Notes: generated by a model from the letters alone, not told the origin. A stretch of 64,000 bases of DNA from Candidatus Limnocylindrales bacterium (GCA_035248345.1 DATFHO010000101.1:80407-144406), one strand, 5' to 3'. Positions 30,264-39,974 are shown, counted from the first letter of the stretch. Program-made: numbers and translations.

Positions 30264-31364
30264 CTAGCAGCCGGTAACGGAACCGGCGGTCACGCCCTTG
30301 CAGAGTGCGTCCTTCGTGATCCAGCCCGCATCGAGGACAACGTTGAGGTTGTCCTTGGTGATGGCCTCTGGCTTCAGGAAGATCGAGCTCACGGAGTTGC
30401 CGCCCGGCGTCGTGAACGCAGCTGCGCCACTGACCTTGCTGGCATCGGGGTTGGCGCACAGCGCAACCGCTGCCTCGCCCGCTGCCTTGCCAAGCGCCCG
30501 CGCGTCCTTCCAGACGTCGACGGTCTGCGTGCCAAGGGCGACGCGGTTGAGGGCAGCGAGATCGCCATCCTGGCCGGACACCGGCACGGTGCCGGCGAGG
30601 CCCTGGGCGGTCAGCGCCGCGATGGCGCCACCGGCCATGCCGTCGTTCTCGACGAAGGCAATGTCGATCTTGTTGCTGTTCGCGGTGAGGAACTGCTCCA
30701 TCTCCGCCTGGGCCTTTGCAGGATCCCAGTTGTCGGTGTAGGTCTCACCAACGTTCTTGAGCGTGGCGCTGCTCTGGCCGGCCTCGGGGAGGCCCGCCTC
30801 GACCATGCCCGCGCGGAGGAAGTCCGCGTTGGCGTCGGCCTTGTTGCCCTTGATCACGACGAAGTTGCCCGCGTTCTTGACCTTGAGCAGGGCCTCGGCC
30901 TGGAGCTTGCCGACGAGCTTGTTGTCGAAGGTGATGTACAGCACCTTCGGGTCTTCGATGAGGCGGTCGTAGGCGATGACCGGCACGTTGGCCTGGGTCG
31001 CCGACGAGACGGCCGTCTTGATGGCCGTGCCGTCCTGCGCGAGGATGATCACGACCTTCGCGCCCTGCGAGATCAGGTTCGCGACGTTGGAGTTCTGGGT
31101 GTCGGCGGACGACTTCGCGTCGTTCGAGATGTACTTCCCGCCACCGGCCTCGATTGCGGCCTTGATCGCGGGCTCATCCCACTTCGCCCATCGCTCTTCC
31201 TGGTAGTTGTTCCACGACACGCCGATCGTGCAGCCCGTTGCCGTGCCGCCCGTGCCGGGGGCCGAAGACGCGCCACCGGGACCCGTCGTTGCGGTCCCAC
31301 CGCCACTACAGGCCGCGAAGGCCACGACGGCGACGGCCGCGAACGCCAAGAACCGTTTGTGCAT
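30264..31364 (-). CDS. xylF: D-xylose-type ABC substrate-binding lipoprotein (XylF/RbsB family)
   Basis: Signal peptide plus lipobox FAACSGG. Periplasmic-binding-protein family 2 pattern (VIAYDRLIEDP..., ...IAFVENDGMAGGAI). Strong RBS GGAGG 6 nt upstream of the ATG at 31364. Confidence 0.8.
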   Translation of the reverse strand: MHKRFLAFAAVAVVAFAACSGGGTATTGPGGASSAPGTGGTATGCTIGVSWNNYQEERWAKWDEPAIKAAIEAGGGKYISNDAKSSADTQNSNVANLISQGAKVVIILAQDGTAIKTAVSSATQANVPVIAYDRLIEDPKVLYITFDNKLVGKLQAEALLKVKNAGNFVVIKGNKADANADFLRAGMVEAGLPEAGQSSATLKNVGETYTDNWDPAKAQAEMEQFLTANSNKIDIAFVENDGMAGGAIAALTAQGLAGTVPVSGQDGDLAALNRVALGTQTVDVWKDARALGKAAGEAAVALCANPDASKVSGAAAFTTPGGNSVSSIFLKPEAITKDNLNVVLDAGWITKDALCKGVTAGSVTGC

Positions 31365-31489
31365 TTCACTCCTCCACATCGGTGCCAAGACTGGGACACC
31401 CGGTGCGCTGTGCAGGCTATCACTCTCCTCTCGGGATTCATGCACGCGTGACGGCGGGCCGGAGCCGCGTCCCGACGCAATGAGCGGCT

Positions 31490-32728
31490 TCATGCGCCGG
31501 CCGCGGTGGCGAGCTGTGCCCGGGGTCCGAGCCAGCCTGCTGGGTCGGCGACGAACGGCTCAAGTGCGAGCTCGGCCGCGCCGACGAGCGGAGCGTCGAT
31601 CCCGAGTGCGGCCGGAGCGACGCGGACCAGCCCACGCGGTCCCTTGAGCGCCATCCGGCCCAGCTCTCGATCGAGCGCCCGATCGATGAACGGATACGCC
31701 CGGGCGAACAGGCCGCCCAGGACGATCACGCGAGGATTGAGGAGGTTGACCAGTCCGGCGAGGCCGATGCCGAGCCAGCGACCGATCTCGTCGAAGGCGG
31801 TGCGGGCCTGCGGGTCACCGGCCGCGGCGGCGGCGAGGACGCGGTCGACCTCGTCGGGGCCGCCGTCGCCGGCGCGGCCCACGAGCCGCAGCAGCGCCTG
31901 CTCGCCGACCTCGGTCTCCCAGCAGCCGATGGAGCCGCAGTGGCAGGCCCGGCCGTTGGGGTTCACCGGCATGTGCCCGACCTCGCCCGCGAATCCGGCA
32001 ACGCCGGTGAGGGGCTGGCCGTCGATGATGATCCCGCCGCCGACGCCGACCTCGCCCGAGATGAACAGGAGGTCGTCTGCGCCCCGTGCGGCACCGCGGC
32101 GGAGCTCCGCCATCGCGCCGAGATCTGCTTCGTTCGCGACGAACACCGGCCGCTGCGTCCCGATCGCGACCGCGATTCGCTCGGCCAGCGGAACGTCGCG
32201 CCAGCCCAGGTTCGGGGCCATCAGCACGATCCCGTCCTGGCGACGCACCAGCCCGGCGACCGCGACCCCCACGGCGATGGGCGCCTCGCGCTCCGCGGGA
32301 GGAAGGAGCCGGTCCGTCAGGCCCGCCAGGTCCGCAACGATCGTGTCCACCGAGAGGTGCTCACGTGGCCGCGCGATGCTCGCCTGGGCGATGATCTCGC
32401 CGCCCAGCCCGACGAGGGCCGCCGCCAGCGAATCGACGCGGATCTCGAGCGCCAGCACGAAGACGTCGCGCGACCTCGGCCGGACGCGGGGCGAGGGTCG
32501 GCCCGGAGCGCCATCGGGCGCCCCGCGCTCCTCGACGAGGATGCCGCCCGCGACGAGCTCCCCGATCAGCGCCCGGATCGCGGTACGGGTGAGGCCTGTG
32601 CGCGCCACGAGCTCTGAGCGGGATTGGGGTCCGCGCAGGTGCAGCTCGCGCACGATCGCGGCGAGGTTGGCGCGACGCACGGTCCCGCTCCGCTGGCCGA
32701 TCGATTCCGGGAACAACAACGGCGTCAC
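31490..32728 (-). CDS. xylR: ROK-family transcriptional regulator (XylR-like)
   Basis: N-terminal wHTH (VRRANLAAIVRELHLRGPQSRSELVARTGLTRTAIRALIGELV). ROK sugar-kinase-like body with the zinc motif CHCGSIGCWE. Start chosen at the GTG (VTPLLF); the Pro-rich upstream extension was rejected. Confidence 0.75.
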   Translation of the reverse strand: MTPLLFPESIGQRSGTVRRANLAAIVRELHLRGPQSRSELVARTGLTRTAIRALIGELVAGGILVEERGAPDGAPGRPSPRVRPRSRDVFVLALEIRVDSLAAALVGLGGEIIAQASIARPREHLSVDTIVADLAGLTDRLLPPAEREAPIAVGVAVAGLVRRQDGIVLMAPNLGWRDVPLAERIAVAIGTQRPVFVANEADLGAMAELRRGAARGADDLLFISGEVGVGGGIIIDGQPLTGVAGFAGEVGHMPVNPNGRACHCGSIGCWETEVGEQALLRLVGRAGDGGPDEVDRVLAAAAAGDPQARTAFDEIGRWLGIGLAGLVNLLNPRVIVLGGLFARAYPFIDRALDRELGRMALKGPRGLVRVAPAALGIDAPLVGAAELALEPFVADPAGWLGPRAQLATAAGA

Positions 32729-32869
32729 CTGCTGCTGGGGTGGAACGCGAGGTCGGGGGTCGGGGTCGGGCGGCGTGAACCCGGGGTTTGTGCACCTGTC
32801 TTCCAAACCGTGCGTGCTAGCCTCATACATCCCCCGGCCGGTGTCAAGATGCGATGGAGGAACGCGACG

Positions 32870-33577
32870 ATGGGAACCCTCGACGGGCGCGTCGCGCTCA
32901 TAACCGGCGCGAGCCGCGGGATCGGCAGCGCGATCGCGCGCACGCTCGTGGACGACGGCGCGCACGTGGGGCTCGCGTCACGGAGCGGGAGCGACCTCGG
33001 CATTCCCGGAGCGTTCGCCCGGGCCTGCGACGTGCGGGACGCCGACGCCCTCGCGCAGATGGCGGATGCAACCGCGAACCGCTTCGGGGGCATCGACATC
33101 CTCGTCGTGAACGCCGGGGTCGGCGCGTACGGCCCCTTCCTCGAGCTGGATCCGGCGCACCTCGAGGAGATGATCGACGTCAACGTGAAGGGCGCGATCT
33201 ACGCGGCCCGAGCCGTGCTCCCCTACCTCCTTGAGAGCGACGCGGCGGACTTCGTGATGATTGCCAGCGAGGCGGGCCGCCGGGGCCTGCCCTTCGAGGC
33301 CGTGTACTGCGCATCGAAGTTCGCCCAGGTCGGGCTGACCGCCGCGCTCGATCATGAGCTGCGCGAGCACGGCGTGCGCTGCACGAACATCTGCCCCGGT
33401 GGCGTCGCGACGGACTTCGCGATGGGTCACGGCCGCACCCCGGACATGCCTGCGCTGGCGGGGATGATGGCGCCGCAGGACGTCGCCGATGCCGTGCAGT
33501 TCGTCGTGACCCGGCCGCGGACGCACCGGATCCTCGAGGTCGCGTTCCGCCCGGTCACCGAGGCCTCGTGGGGCTGA
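32870..33577 (+). CDS. SDR-family oxidoreductase
   Basis: MGTLDGRVALITGASRGIGSAIA and the catalytic YxxxK (YCASK). GGAGG lies 9 nt upstream. Confidence 0.75.
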   Translation: MGTLDGRVALITGASRGIGSAIARTLVDDGAHVGLASRSGSDLGIPGAFARACDVRDADALAQMADATANRFGGIDILVVNAGVGAYGPFLELDPAHLEEMIDVNVKGAIYAARAVLPYLLESDAADFVMIASEAGRRGLPFEAVYCASKFAQVGLTAALDHELREHGVRCTNICPGGVATDFAMGHGRTPDMPALAGMMAPQDVADAVQFVVTRPRTHRILEVAFRPVTEASWG

Positions 33578-33608
33578 CGGCCCGCACGGGCTGCGAGGCC
33601 AGGTAGAC

Positions 33609-34631
33609 ATGAGCGCGCGGAAGCTCCGCTGGGGCGTGCTCTCGACGGCCGACATCGGTAGGAAGAAGTGGATCCCGGGCGTCCGCCGGGCGCCCGAGCA
33701 GCGCGGCGCGGTCGTGGCGATCGCGTCGCGCGATGCGGCCGTCGCGCGCCAGGTCGCCGATGCGCTCGAGATCCCGCGCGCGCACGGGTCGTACGAGGCG
33801 TTACTTGCCGACCCGGAGGTCGACGCGGTCTACATCCCGCTGCCCAATCACCTCCACCTGGAATGGACGATCGCTGCCGCGCGCGCCGGTAAGCACGTCC
33901 TGTGCGAGAAGCCGCTCGCCCTGTCGTCCGCGGACGCCGAGCGCATGGTCGCCGCCGCGGATGCCGCGGGCGTCAAGCTCATGGAGGCGTTCATGTACCG
34001 CCTCCACCCCTCGTGGCAGGCCGTTCGCCGGCTCGTGACGTCCGGCCGGATCGGGCGGCTCCAGAGCGTCCAGAGCTGGTTCTCGTACTGGAACGACGAC
34101 CCGGCCAACATCCGCAACCGTGCCGACGCCGGCGGCGGCGCGCTCATGGACATCGGCTGCTACTCGATCAACCTCTCGCGGCTGCTCTTCGACGCAGAGC
34201 CGGTGCGCGTGGAGGCATCGATCGTGCGCGATCCCGAGATGGGCATCGACGTCGTGACGTCGGCCTTCCTCGTGTTTCCCGGAGGCGGCACGGCCACCTT
34301 CACGTGCTCGACGCGCGCCGAGACCGACCAGCGCGTCCACATCTACGGCACCGACGGGCGGATCTCGGTGGGGATCCCGTTCAACATCCCGCCGGACCTC
34401 GAGACCCACGTGTTCGTGACGCAGGGCGGTGACCCGCCGGTCGCGCCGCACACGGAGACGCTGACGTTCCCGGTTGCCGATCCGTACGGGGTCGAGGCCG
34501 ACGCCTTCGCCGCCGCCATCCTGGACGGGACGCCGCTCCCGACGCCGGCGTGGGATGGGGTCGCGAACATGCGCGTGATCGAGCAGGTGTTCGAAGCCGC
34601 GGCGCGCGGGGCATCGACGGGCCGGCCGTGA
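33609..34631 (+). CDS. Gfo/Idh/MocA-family NAD(P)-dependent oxidoreductase
   Basis: N-terminal Rossmann LRWGVLSTADIGRKK and the EKP motif HVLCEKPLA. Confidence 0.8.
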   Translation: MSARKLRWGVLSTADIGRKKWIPGVRRAPEQRGAVVAIASRDAAVARQVADALEIPRAHGSYEALLADPEVDAVYIPLPNHLHLEWTIAAARAGKHVLCEKPLALSSADAERMVAAADAAGVKLMEAFMYRLHPSWQAVRRLVTSGRIGRLQSVQSWFSYWNDDPANIRNRADAGGGALMDIGCYSINLSRLLFDAEPVRVEASIVRDPEMGIDVVTSAFLVFPGGGTATFTCSTRAETDQRVHIYGTDGRISVGIPFNIPPDLETHVFVTQGGDPPVAPHTETLTFPVADPYGVEADAFAAAILDGTPLPTPAWDGVANMRVIEQVFEAAARGASTGRP

Positions 34632-36016
34632 GCCGGCACGCGAGCGCGATCGCGCGCCTCGCCGAGATCGACCTCCCGGACTTCGGCGTCGCGGCGGAGC
34701 GGCCCGAGCTCCCCCCGGCGATCCACGAGGCCCGCCTCGAGCGGCTCCGCGAGCGCGCTGCGGCTGCGGGGTTCGACCTCCTCGTCCTGTACGCCGACCG
34801 CGAGCACAGCGCGAACGTCAGCTGGCTCACCGGGTTCGATCCGCGATTCGAGGAGGCCATCGTCATCGTCCGCCCGACGGGCCGGCCGACGATCCTCGTC
34901 GGCAACGAGTGCTGGGGCATCGCGGGCGATGCACCCCTGCCGATGGACCGGGTGCTCCACCAGGACCTCAGCCTGCCGAGCCAGCCGCGAGGCCGTTCGC
35001 GGTCGCTCCGCGACGAGCTGCGCGACGCCGGGGTTGCGCCCGGCACGAAGGTCGGCGTCGTCGGCTGGAAGTCGTTCGGTGATCCCGCGTGGCTGGACGT
35101 CCCCGCCTACCTCGCGGACACGATTCGTGGCCTGGCGGGCGCGACCGGCACGGTTGCCAACGCGGCCGGCCTCCTCATCGATGCCGGAACGGGCCTCCGC
35201 GTCGTGAACGAGCTCGAGCAGCTCGCGGCCTTCGAGGCCGCCTCGACCAGAACCTCCAGCGGCGTCCTGCACCTGCTGCGCAACCTCCGGCCCGGCCTCC
35301 GGGAGCGCGACGCGGTTGCCCTTCTCGGCTGGGACGGCTCCCCGCTGTCGTGCCACCTGATGCTGACTGCAGGCCCCCGTGCCCGGTTCGGGTTGTACAG
35401 CCCGAGCGACCGGGCGATGGAGGCAGGCGACCCGTTCACGACGGCCTTCGGCGTGTGGGGCGCGCTCACCTGCCGGGCCGGATGGCTCGTCGACGACGCG
35501 GCGGCACTGCCCGACGGCATCCGCGATTACGTCGACCGACTCGTCGCGCCGTACTTCGCCGCGATCGCCGCCTGGTACCGCGCACTGCAGGTCGGGCAGA
35601 CGGGCGGCGTCCTCGACGACGTCATCGCGGCGCGCCTCGGTGATCCCTTCTTCGGGATCTTCCTGAACGCCGGCCACCAGATCTCGCTCGACGAGTGGGT
35701 CAACTCCCCGATCGGCCCCGGGTCCACGACCGAGCTGCGGTCCGGCATGTACCTCCAGGCCGACGTGATCCCGGCGACCGGGACGCCCTACTTCACGACG
35801 AACATCGAGGACGGCGTCGCGCTGGCCGACGAATCGCTCCGTGCTGCGTTCCGGGCGCGCTATCCCGAGGCGTGGGCACGGATCGAACGCCGGCGCGCGT
35901 TCATGGCAACGCACCTTGGCATCGAGCTGCACTCGGACGTGCTGCCCTTCTCCAACATCCCCGCCTGGCTGCCGCCGTTCCTGCTGGATACCGGGCGCGC
36001 GATGTCGCTCGCCTGA
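34628..36016 (+). CDS. M24-like (creatinase/prolidase N-terminal + pita-bread) family protein
   Basis: N-terminal domain pattern RLERLRERAAAAGFDLLVLYADREHSANVSWLTGFDP. GTG start overlaps the previous stop (GTGA). Metal ligands were not verified. Confidence 0.55.
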   Translation: MSRHASAIARLAEIDLPDFGVAAERPELPPAIHEARLERLRERAAAAGFDLLVLYADREHSANVSWLTGFDPRFEEAIVIVRPTGRPTILVGNECWGIAGDAPLPMDRVLHQDLSLPSQPRGRSRSLRDELRDAGVAPGTKVGVVGWKSFGDPAWLDVPAYLADTIRGLAGATGTVANAAGLLIDAGTGLRVVNELEQLAAFEAASTRTSSGVLHLLRNLRPGLRERDAVALLGWDGSPLSCHLMLTAGPRARFGLYSPSDRAMEAGDPFTTAFGVWGALTCRAGWLVDDAAALPDGIRDYVDRLVAPYFAAIAAWYRALQVGQTGGVLDDVIAARLGDPFFGIFLNAGHQISLDEWVNSPIGPGSTTELRSGMYLQADVIPATGTPYFTTNIEDGVALADESLRAAFRARYPEAWARIERRRAFMATHLGIELHSDVLPFSNIPAWLPPFLLDTGRAMSLA

Positions 36017-36032
36017 GCGGCCTGTGAAGGAG

Positions 36033-37727
36033 ATGGCGCGGGGCAGGAACGGCCGCCCGCTGCTGCTCGGCGCATCGGCGCTGATCCTCGTCGGCGTCAT
36101 CGCTGCCGTGGCCACCGTCGCGGGCATCGCGCCGTGGCTGCCGGGCGCATCCGCGGAGGCCGTCCCGGTCCCGCACTTCGTGGACGAGACGAGCTCCTCC
36201 GGCCTCGCGTTCACCTCGGGCGGCGAGTTCACCTATGCGGTCGGTGGCGGCGTCGCGGTGTTCGACTGCAACGACGACGGCCGCCCGGACATCTACTTCG
36301 CCGGGGGCCAGGATCCGGCCGCGCTGTTCCGCAACGACAGCCCGATCGGTGGCGAGCTCCGGTTCACGCGACTCGCCGGCACGACGACCGACCTTGCGGC
36401 GGTCAACGGCGCCTATCCGATCGACATCGACGGCGACGGCCGCGTCGATCTTGCAGTCCTGCGCAACGGCGAGAACGTCGTCCTGCGGGGGCTGGGCGAC
36501 TGTCGGTTCGAGCGCGCGAACGAGCGGTGGGGTCTCGATGGGGGCGGCGAGCTGACCGAGGCATTCAGCGCGACGTGGGAGCGCGGCGCCACGTGGCCGA
36601 CGCTGGCGTTCGGGAACTACGTCGACCCCGCGCCGGTCGATCCGTCGAAGTGGTGCCAGCCGAACGTGCTGGTCCGCCCGGCGGCCCGCGGCGCGAGGTT
36701 CGCCACGCCGCTCGAGCTCAACCCGAGCTATTGCGCGCTGTCGATGCTCTTCAGCGACTGGGACGGCTCCGGCCGGACGGACCTGCGCGTCAGCAACGAC
36801 CAGCACTACTACCCGCCGACGCTCGGCGAGGAGCAGCTCTGGCGGGTCGAGCCCGGGGTTGCGCCCCGGCTGTACACGAGCAGCGACGGCTGGCAGGCGG
36901 TCCGGATCCAGGGCATGGGCATCGCAAGCCAGGACCTGACCGGTGACGGCCTGCCCGAGATCTACCTCACCAGCCAGGCAGCGAGCCGGCTGCAGACGCT
37001 CGCCAACGGCCCGGCGCAACCCGACTACGCCGACATCGGCGGCGCGCGGAAGGCGAACGTTGCGCAGCCGTTCGCGGGCGGCGAGCACCTGCCGTCGACG
37101 GCGTGGCACCCGCAGTTCGAGGACGTCAACAACGACGGTCGCTTCGACCTCTTCGTCTCGAAGGGCAACGTCACGACCCAGCCCGACTACGCCCAGAAGG
37201 ATCCAAGCAACCTCCTGCTCGGCCTGTCCGACGGCACGTTCCGGGAGGTCGCGGATGTCGCGGGCATCCTCTCGTTCGATCGCGGGCGCGGCGCTGCCCT
37301 CGCCGACTTCAACCTCGACGGCTGGCTCGACCTCGTCGAGGTCAACTACGGCGCACCGGTCCGGATCTGGCGCAGCGCGGGCGCGGTTGCCGCCGGCGGG
37401 AGCGCGGAGGCAGGGCATTGGGTCGGGGTTCGCGTCCGGCAGGCGGCGCCCAATGTCGACGCGATCGGGGCCGTGCTCGAGGTGCGCGTCGGCGGCCCGG
37501 ATGGTTCGGTCGTTCGGCGCGAGCTGACCATCGGGGGCGGGCACGCCGGCGGGCAGCTCGGCTGGGTCCATGTCGGCCTCGGTGACGCGACGAGCGCGGA
37601 GCTCCGCGTCCAGTGGCCCGATGGCACCGAAGGCCCGTGGCAATCGGTCCCGCTCGACACCTTCGCCATCATCGATCGAGATGCGGCCGCCGTGCAGCCC
37701 TGGACGCCGGGGACGCCCCTGCCCTGA
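36033..37727 (+). CDS. CRTAC1-family protein (FG-GAP/VCBS repeats + ASPIC/UnbV C-terminal domain) with N-terminal membrane anchor
   Basis: N-terminal TM (LLLGASALILVGVIAAVATVAGIA). Repeated Dx[DN]xDGxxD Ca-binding loops (CNDDGRPDIY, DIDGDGRVDL, DLTGDGLPEIY, NNDGRFDLF, NLDGWLDLV). C-terminal UnbV_ASPIC-like segment GHWVGVRVRQ...VGLGDATSAELRVQWPDG. Confidence 0.65.
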   Translation: MARGRNGRPLLLGASALILVGVIAAVATVAGIAPWLPGASAEAVPVPHFVDETSSSGLAFTSGGEFTYAVGGGVAVFDCNDDGRPDIYFAGGQDPAALFRNDSPIGGELRFTRLAGTTTDLAAVNGAYPIDIDGDGRVDLAVLRNGENVVLRGLGDCRFERANERWGLDGGGELTEAFSATWERGATWPTLAFGNYVDPAPVDPSKWCQPNVLVRPAARGARFATPLELNPSYCALSMLFSDWDGSGRTDLRVSNDQHYYPPTLGEEQLWRVEPGVAPRLYTSSDGWQAVRIQGMGIASQDLTGDGLPEIYLTSQAASRLQTLANGPAQPDYADIGGARKANVAQPFAGGEHLPSTAWHPQFEDVNNDGRFDLFVSKGNVTTQPDYAQKDPSNLLLGLSDGTFREVADVAGILSFDRGRGAALADFNLDGWLDLVEVNYGAPVRIWRSAGAVAAGGSAEAGHWVGVRVRQAAPNVDAIGAVLEVRVGGPDGSVVRRELTIGGGHAGGQLGWVHVGLGDATSAELRVQWPDGTEGPWQSVPLDTFAIIDRDAAAVQPWTPGTPLP

Positions 37728-37741
37728 CCGTCAGGCGGGCG

Positions 37742-39328
37742 TCAGGCGGGCGGCAGCACCGCGACGAGCAGCCAGCGATCGCCCGTGGCACGCCGAACCG
37801 CGAACACCTTGTCCAGCGGCGACTCCTGCGTGGCGATGACGGCGCCCGTGGCGTCGCGCGTCTGCACGACCTGCGTGCCCGTCATGTGGAAGCCGAGGCT
37901 GAACCCGTCCTGCTTGCCGAACGGGATGAGCAGCGAGACGGCGCCCTTGTCGAAGCGGTAGGTCGTCAGCACGGTCCGACCCGCTGCCTGTGCTGCGACC
38001 AGCCGCTCGTTCATCTCGGCGAGGCGGTCGCCGTGGTCGGACGCCGCGAGGAGCGAGCCGTCCGCGTGGAGCATCGCTTCGTTCTCGATGGCGAGGTTCT
38101 GCGCCAGCGTGATGAGCACGTCGTTGATGCCCGGGCCGGCGAGCGACGGGTCGAAGTCCGCGACGTCCTGCCCGACCGTGATCGGCGGCAGCGTTCCGGG
38201 GTCGACCTGGGTCGGGAGGCGATTCAGGACCTCGGCCGAGACCGGCAGCGTCGCGTTCCGCGCGGGCGTCCCGGCGAGGACCACGCCGCCGCCAACGAGA
38301 ACGACCGCGACCACCGCGGCGATGGCGGCACTCGCCCGACGTGCCGCACCCGCCGCGGCATTGCCGCCGGTGGCGATCCGCTCGACGAAGGCGCGAAGGC
38401 GGTCCGCCGCGGACTTCGGCTCGGGCAGGATCCGCTCGAGGAGCGGTCGGGCCGCGCAGACCACGACGAGGCCGGACAGGAGCCCGACCTTCGCCCCGAA
38501 CTCGGTCGTCTGCGGCGCGATCAGCAGCGTGCTCACGACGCCGACGAGGAGCCCGAACACCACGCGCCCGACGCGCCCGCCGGGCACCGTCTTCGGGTCG
38601 GTGATCATGAAGAACAGGAAGATGAGGATCTCCGGCGACGTCACGATGGAGCGCCAGAAGTCGACACCGCAGACGGGCGCGAACGACCAGCGGGTGACCA
38701 TGCAGTGCCCGGACGCGGCCAGGAGGCCGAGCCCGGCCGCAAGCGTGAGCCAGAACGTGGCCCCGAGGATCAGCAGGTGCAGGCGCCGCGTGATCAGCGT
38801 GCCACCGACCAGGATCACCGCGTACGCCAGGATCATCGCCGGGTTCGTCAGGGGCGCCCACCAGAAGTCCAGCGGCTCCACGCGCGCCGAGCCGAGGATC
38901 ACGAACGCCAGGACCAGCCCGAGGTTGGCCGGGTTGAACACGTGGGAGCCGCGGTACCGGATCACGTACTTCGAGAGCAGCGACAGCGCCGCGACCCCGG
39001 CGAACAGCCACCACGCATAGCTCGTCCAGTGGTCACCCGGCGCCGTGCCGACCACCCGCATGATCAGCGCCACGGCGCTGCCGGTGAGCATCGCGCTCGC
39101 GGGCCAGACGAGCTGCTTCGTCTGCCAGAACGTGATCCCGACCTCCAGGACGAAGCACGTGCCGATCGCGGCAACGATCTGCGGCACGCTCACCCAGAAC
39201 CCGAGCCCGACCTGGCCGAGCACATGGACGGTCAGGACGACCACCGCGACGTGCAGCCGCGGGTCGCGGACGTTCGGGAGGACGAGCGGGTACGTCCCGC
39301 GGCCGATCGTGAGCGTCCTCGCGGTCAT
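37742..39328 (-). CDS. RnfD/NqrB-family-like polytopic membrane protein with an additional ~190-aa C-terminal domain
   Basis: GSHVFNPANLGLVLAFVILG parallels the RnfD (QNPFNPAMIGYVVLL) motif. FFMITDPKT parallels FFILTDPVT. The canonical flavinylation site SGAT is replaced by VTSP. After the last TM (AAIAAVVAVVLVGGGVVLAG) there is a soluble extension. Confidence 0.5.
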   Translation of the reverse strand: MTARTLTIGRGTYPLVLPNVRDPRLHVAVVVLTVHVLGQVGLGFWVSVPQIVAAIGTCFVLEVGITFWQTKQLVWPASAMLTGSAVALIMRVVGTAPGDHWTSYAWWLFAGVAALSLLSKYVIRYRGSHVFNPANLGLVLAFVILGSARVEPLDFWWAPLTNPAMILAYAVILVGGTLITRRLHLLILGATFWLTLAAGLGLLAASGHCMVTRWSFAPVCGVDFWRSIVTSPEILIFLFFMITDPKTVPGGRVGRVVFGLLVGVVSTLLIAPQTTEFGAKVGLLSGLVVVCAARPLLERILPEPKSAADRLRAFVERIATGGNAAAGAARRASAAIAAVVAVVLVGGGVVLAGTPARNATLPVSAEVLNRLPTQVDPGTLPPITVGQDVADFDPSLAGPGINDVLITLAQNLAIENEAMLHADGSLLAASDHGDRLAEMNERLVAAQAAGRTVLTTYRFDKGAVSLLIPFGKQDGFSLGFHMTGTQVVQTRDATGAVIATQESPLDKVFAVRRATGDRWLLVAVLPPA

Positions 39329-39347
39329 GGTCGGGCATCATAGGTGC

Positions 39348-39974
39348 ATGGCACGAGACGAAGAACGAGTCGCGCGGGCGCAGCAGGACCCTATCGTCGG
39401 CGGGTTGCCCGATGTCCAGGGCATCGGCGTGGCAATGCGCCTGACGCCCGGTCTCGGCGTGCACCTCCGCGGCCTCGCGGACGAGGTGCTCGTCCACGAC
39501 TTCCCGGGCGCCACGCTCCGCCGTGACCAGCGCGAGATCCTGGCGACGGCGGTCTCTGCCGCGAACGACTGCTTCTTCTGCATGGACTCGCACGGCGCGT
39601 TCGTGGCCGCGCTCCTGGACAAGCACGGCGCGCACGAGCTCATGCCGCTGATCGACGTCGCGAAGGCGGGGTCATCGGACGGGTTCGATCCGAAGATGCA
39701 GGCGCTCCTGCACATCGCGCGGACGGTTCGGCGCGATGCGCTCGCGCTCACGGAGGGTGACGTCACGGCGGCGCACGAGGCGGGCGCCACCGAGGCGGAC
39801 GTGCAGCTCGCCGTGCTCATCGCGTCCGCGTTCTCCATGTACAACCGGCTCGTCGACGGGTTCCGCGCCCGCACCTCGCCGTCGACGGAGGCGTACCGGG
39901 AGCGCGCCGCCGAGATCGCCGACAACGGCTACAGCGCACCGTCCGGCCTCACGGCCGCACCGACGCGAGGCTGA
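39348..39974 (+). CDS. Carboxymuconolactone-decarboxylase (AhpD-like, peroxidase-related) family protein
   Basis: AhpD-core motif CFFCMDSHG, about 208 aa. Divergent from the RnfD-like gene with only ~19 bp between the start codons. Confidence 0.7.
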   Translation: MARDEERVARAQQDPIVGGLPDVQGIGVAMRLTPGLGVHLRGLADEVLVHDFPGATLRRDQREILATAVSAANDCFFCMDSHGAFVAALLDKHGAHELMPLIDVAKAGSSDGFDPKMQALLHIARTVRRDALALTEGDVTAAHEAGATEADVQLAVLIASAFSMYNRLVDGFRARTSPSTEAYRERAAEIADNGYSAPSGLTAAPTRG

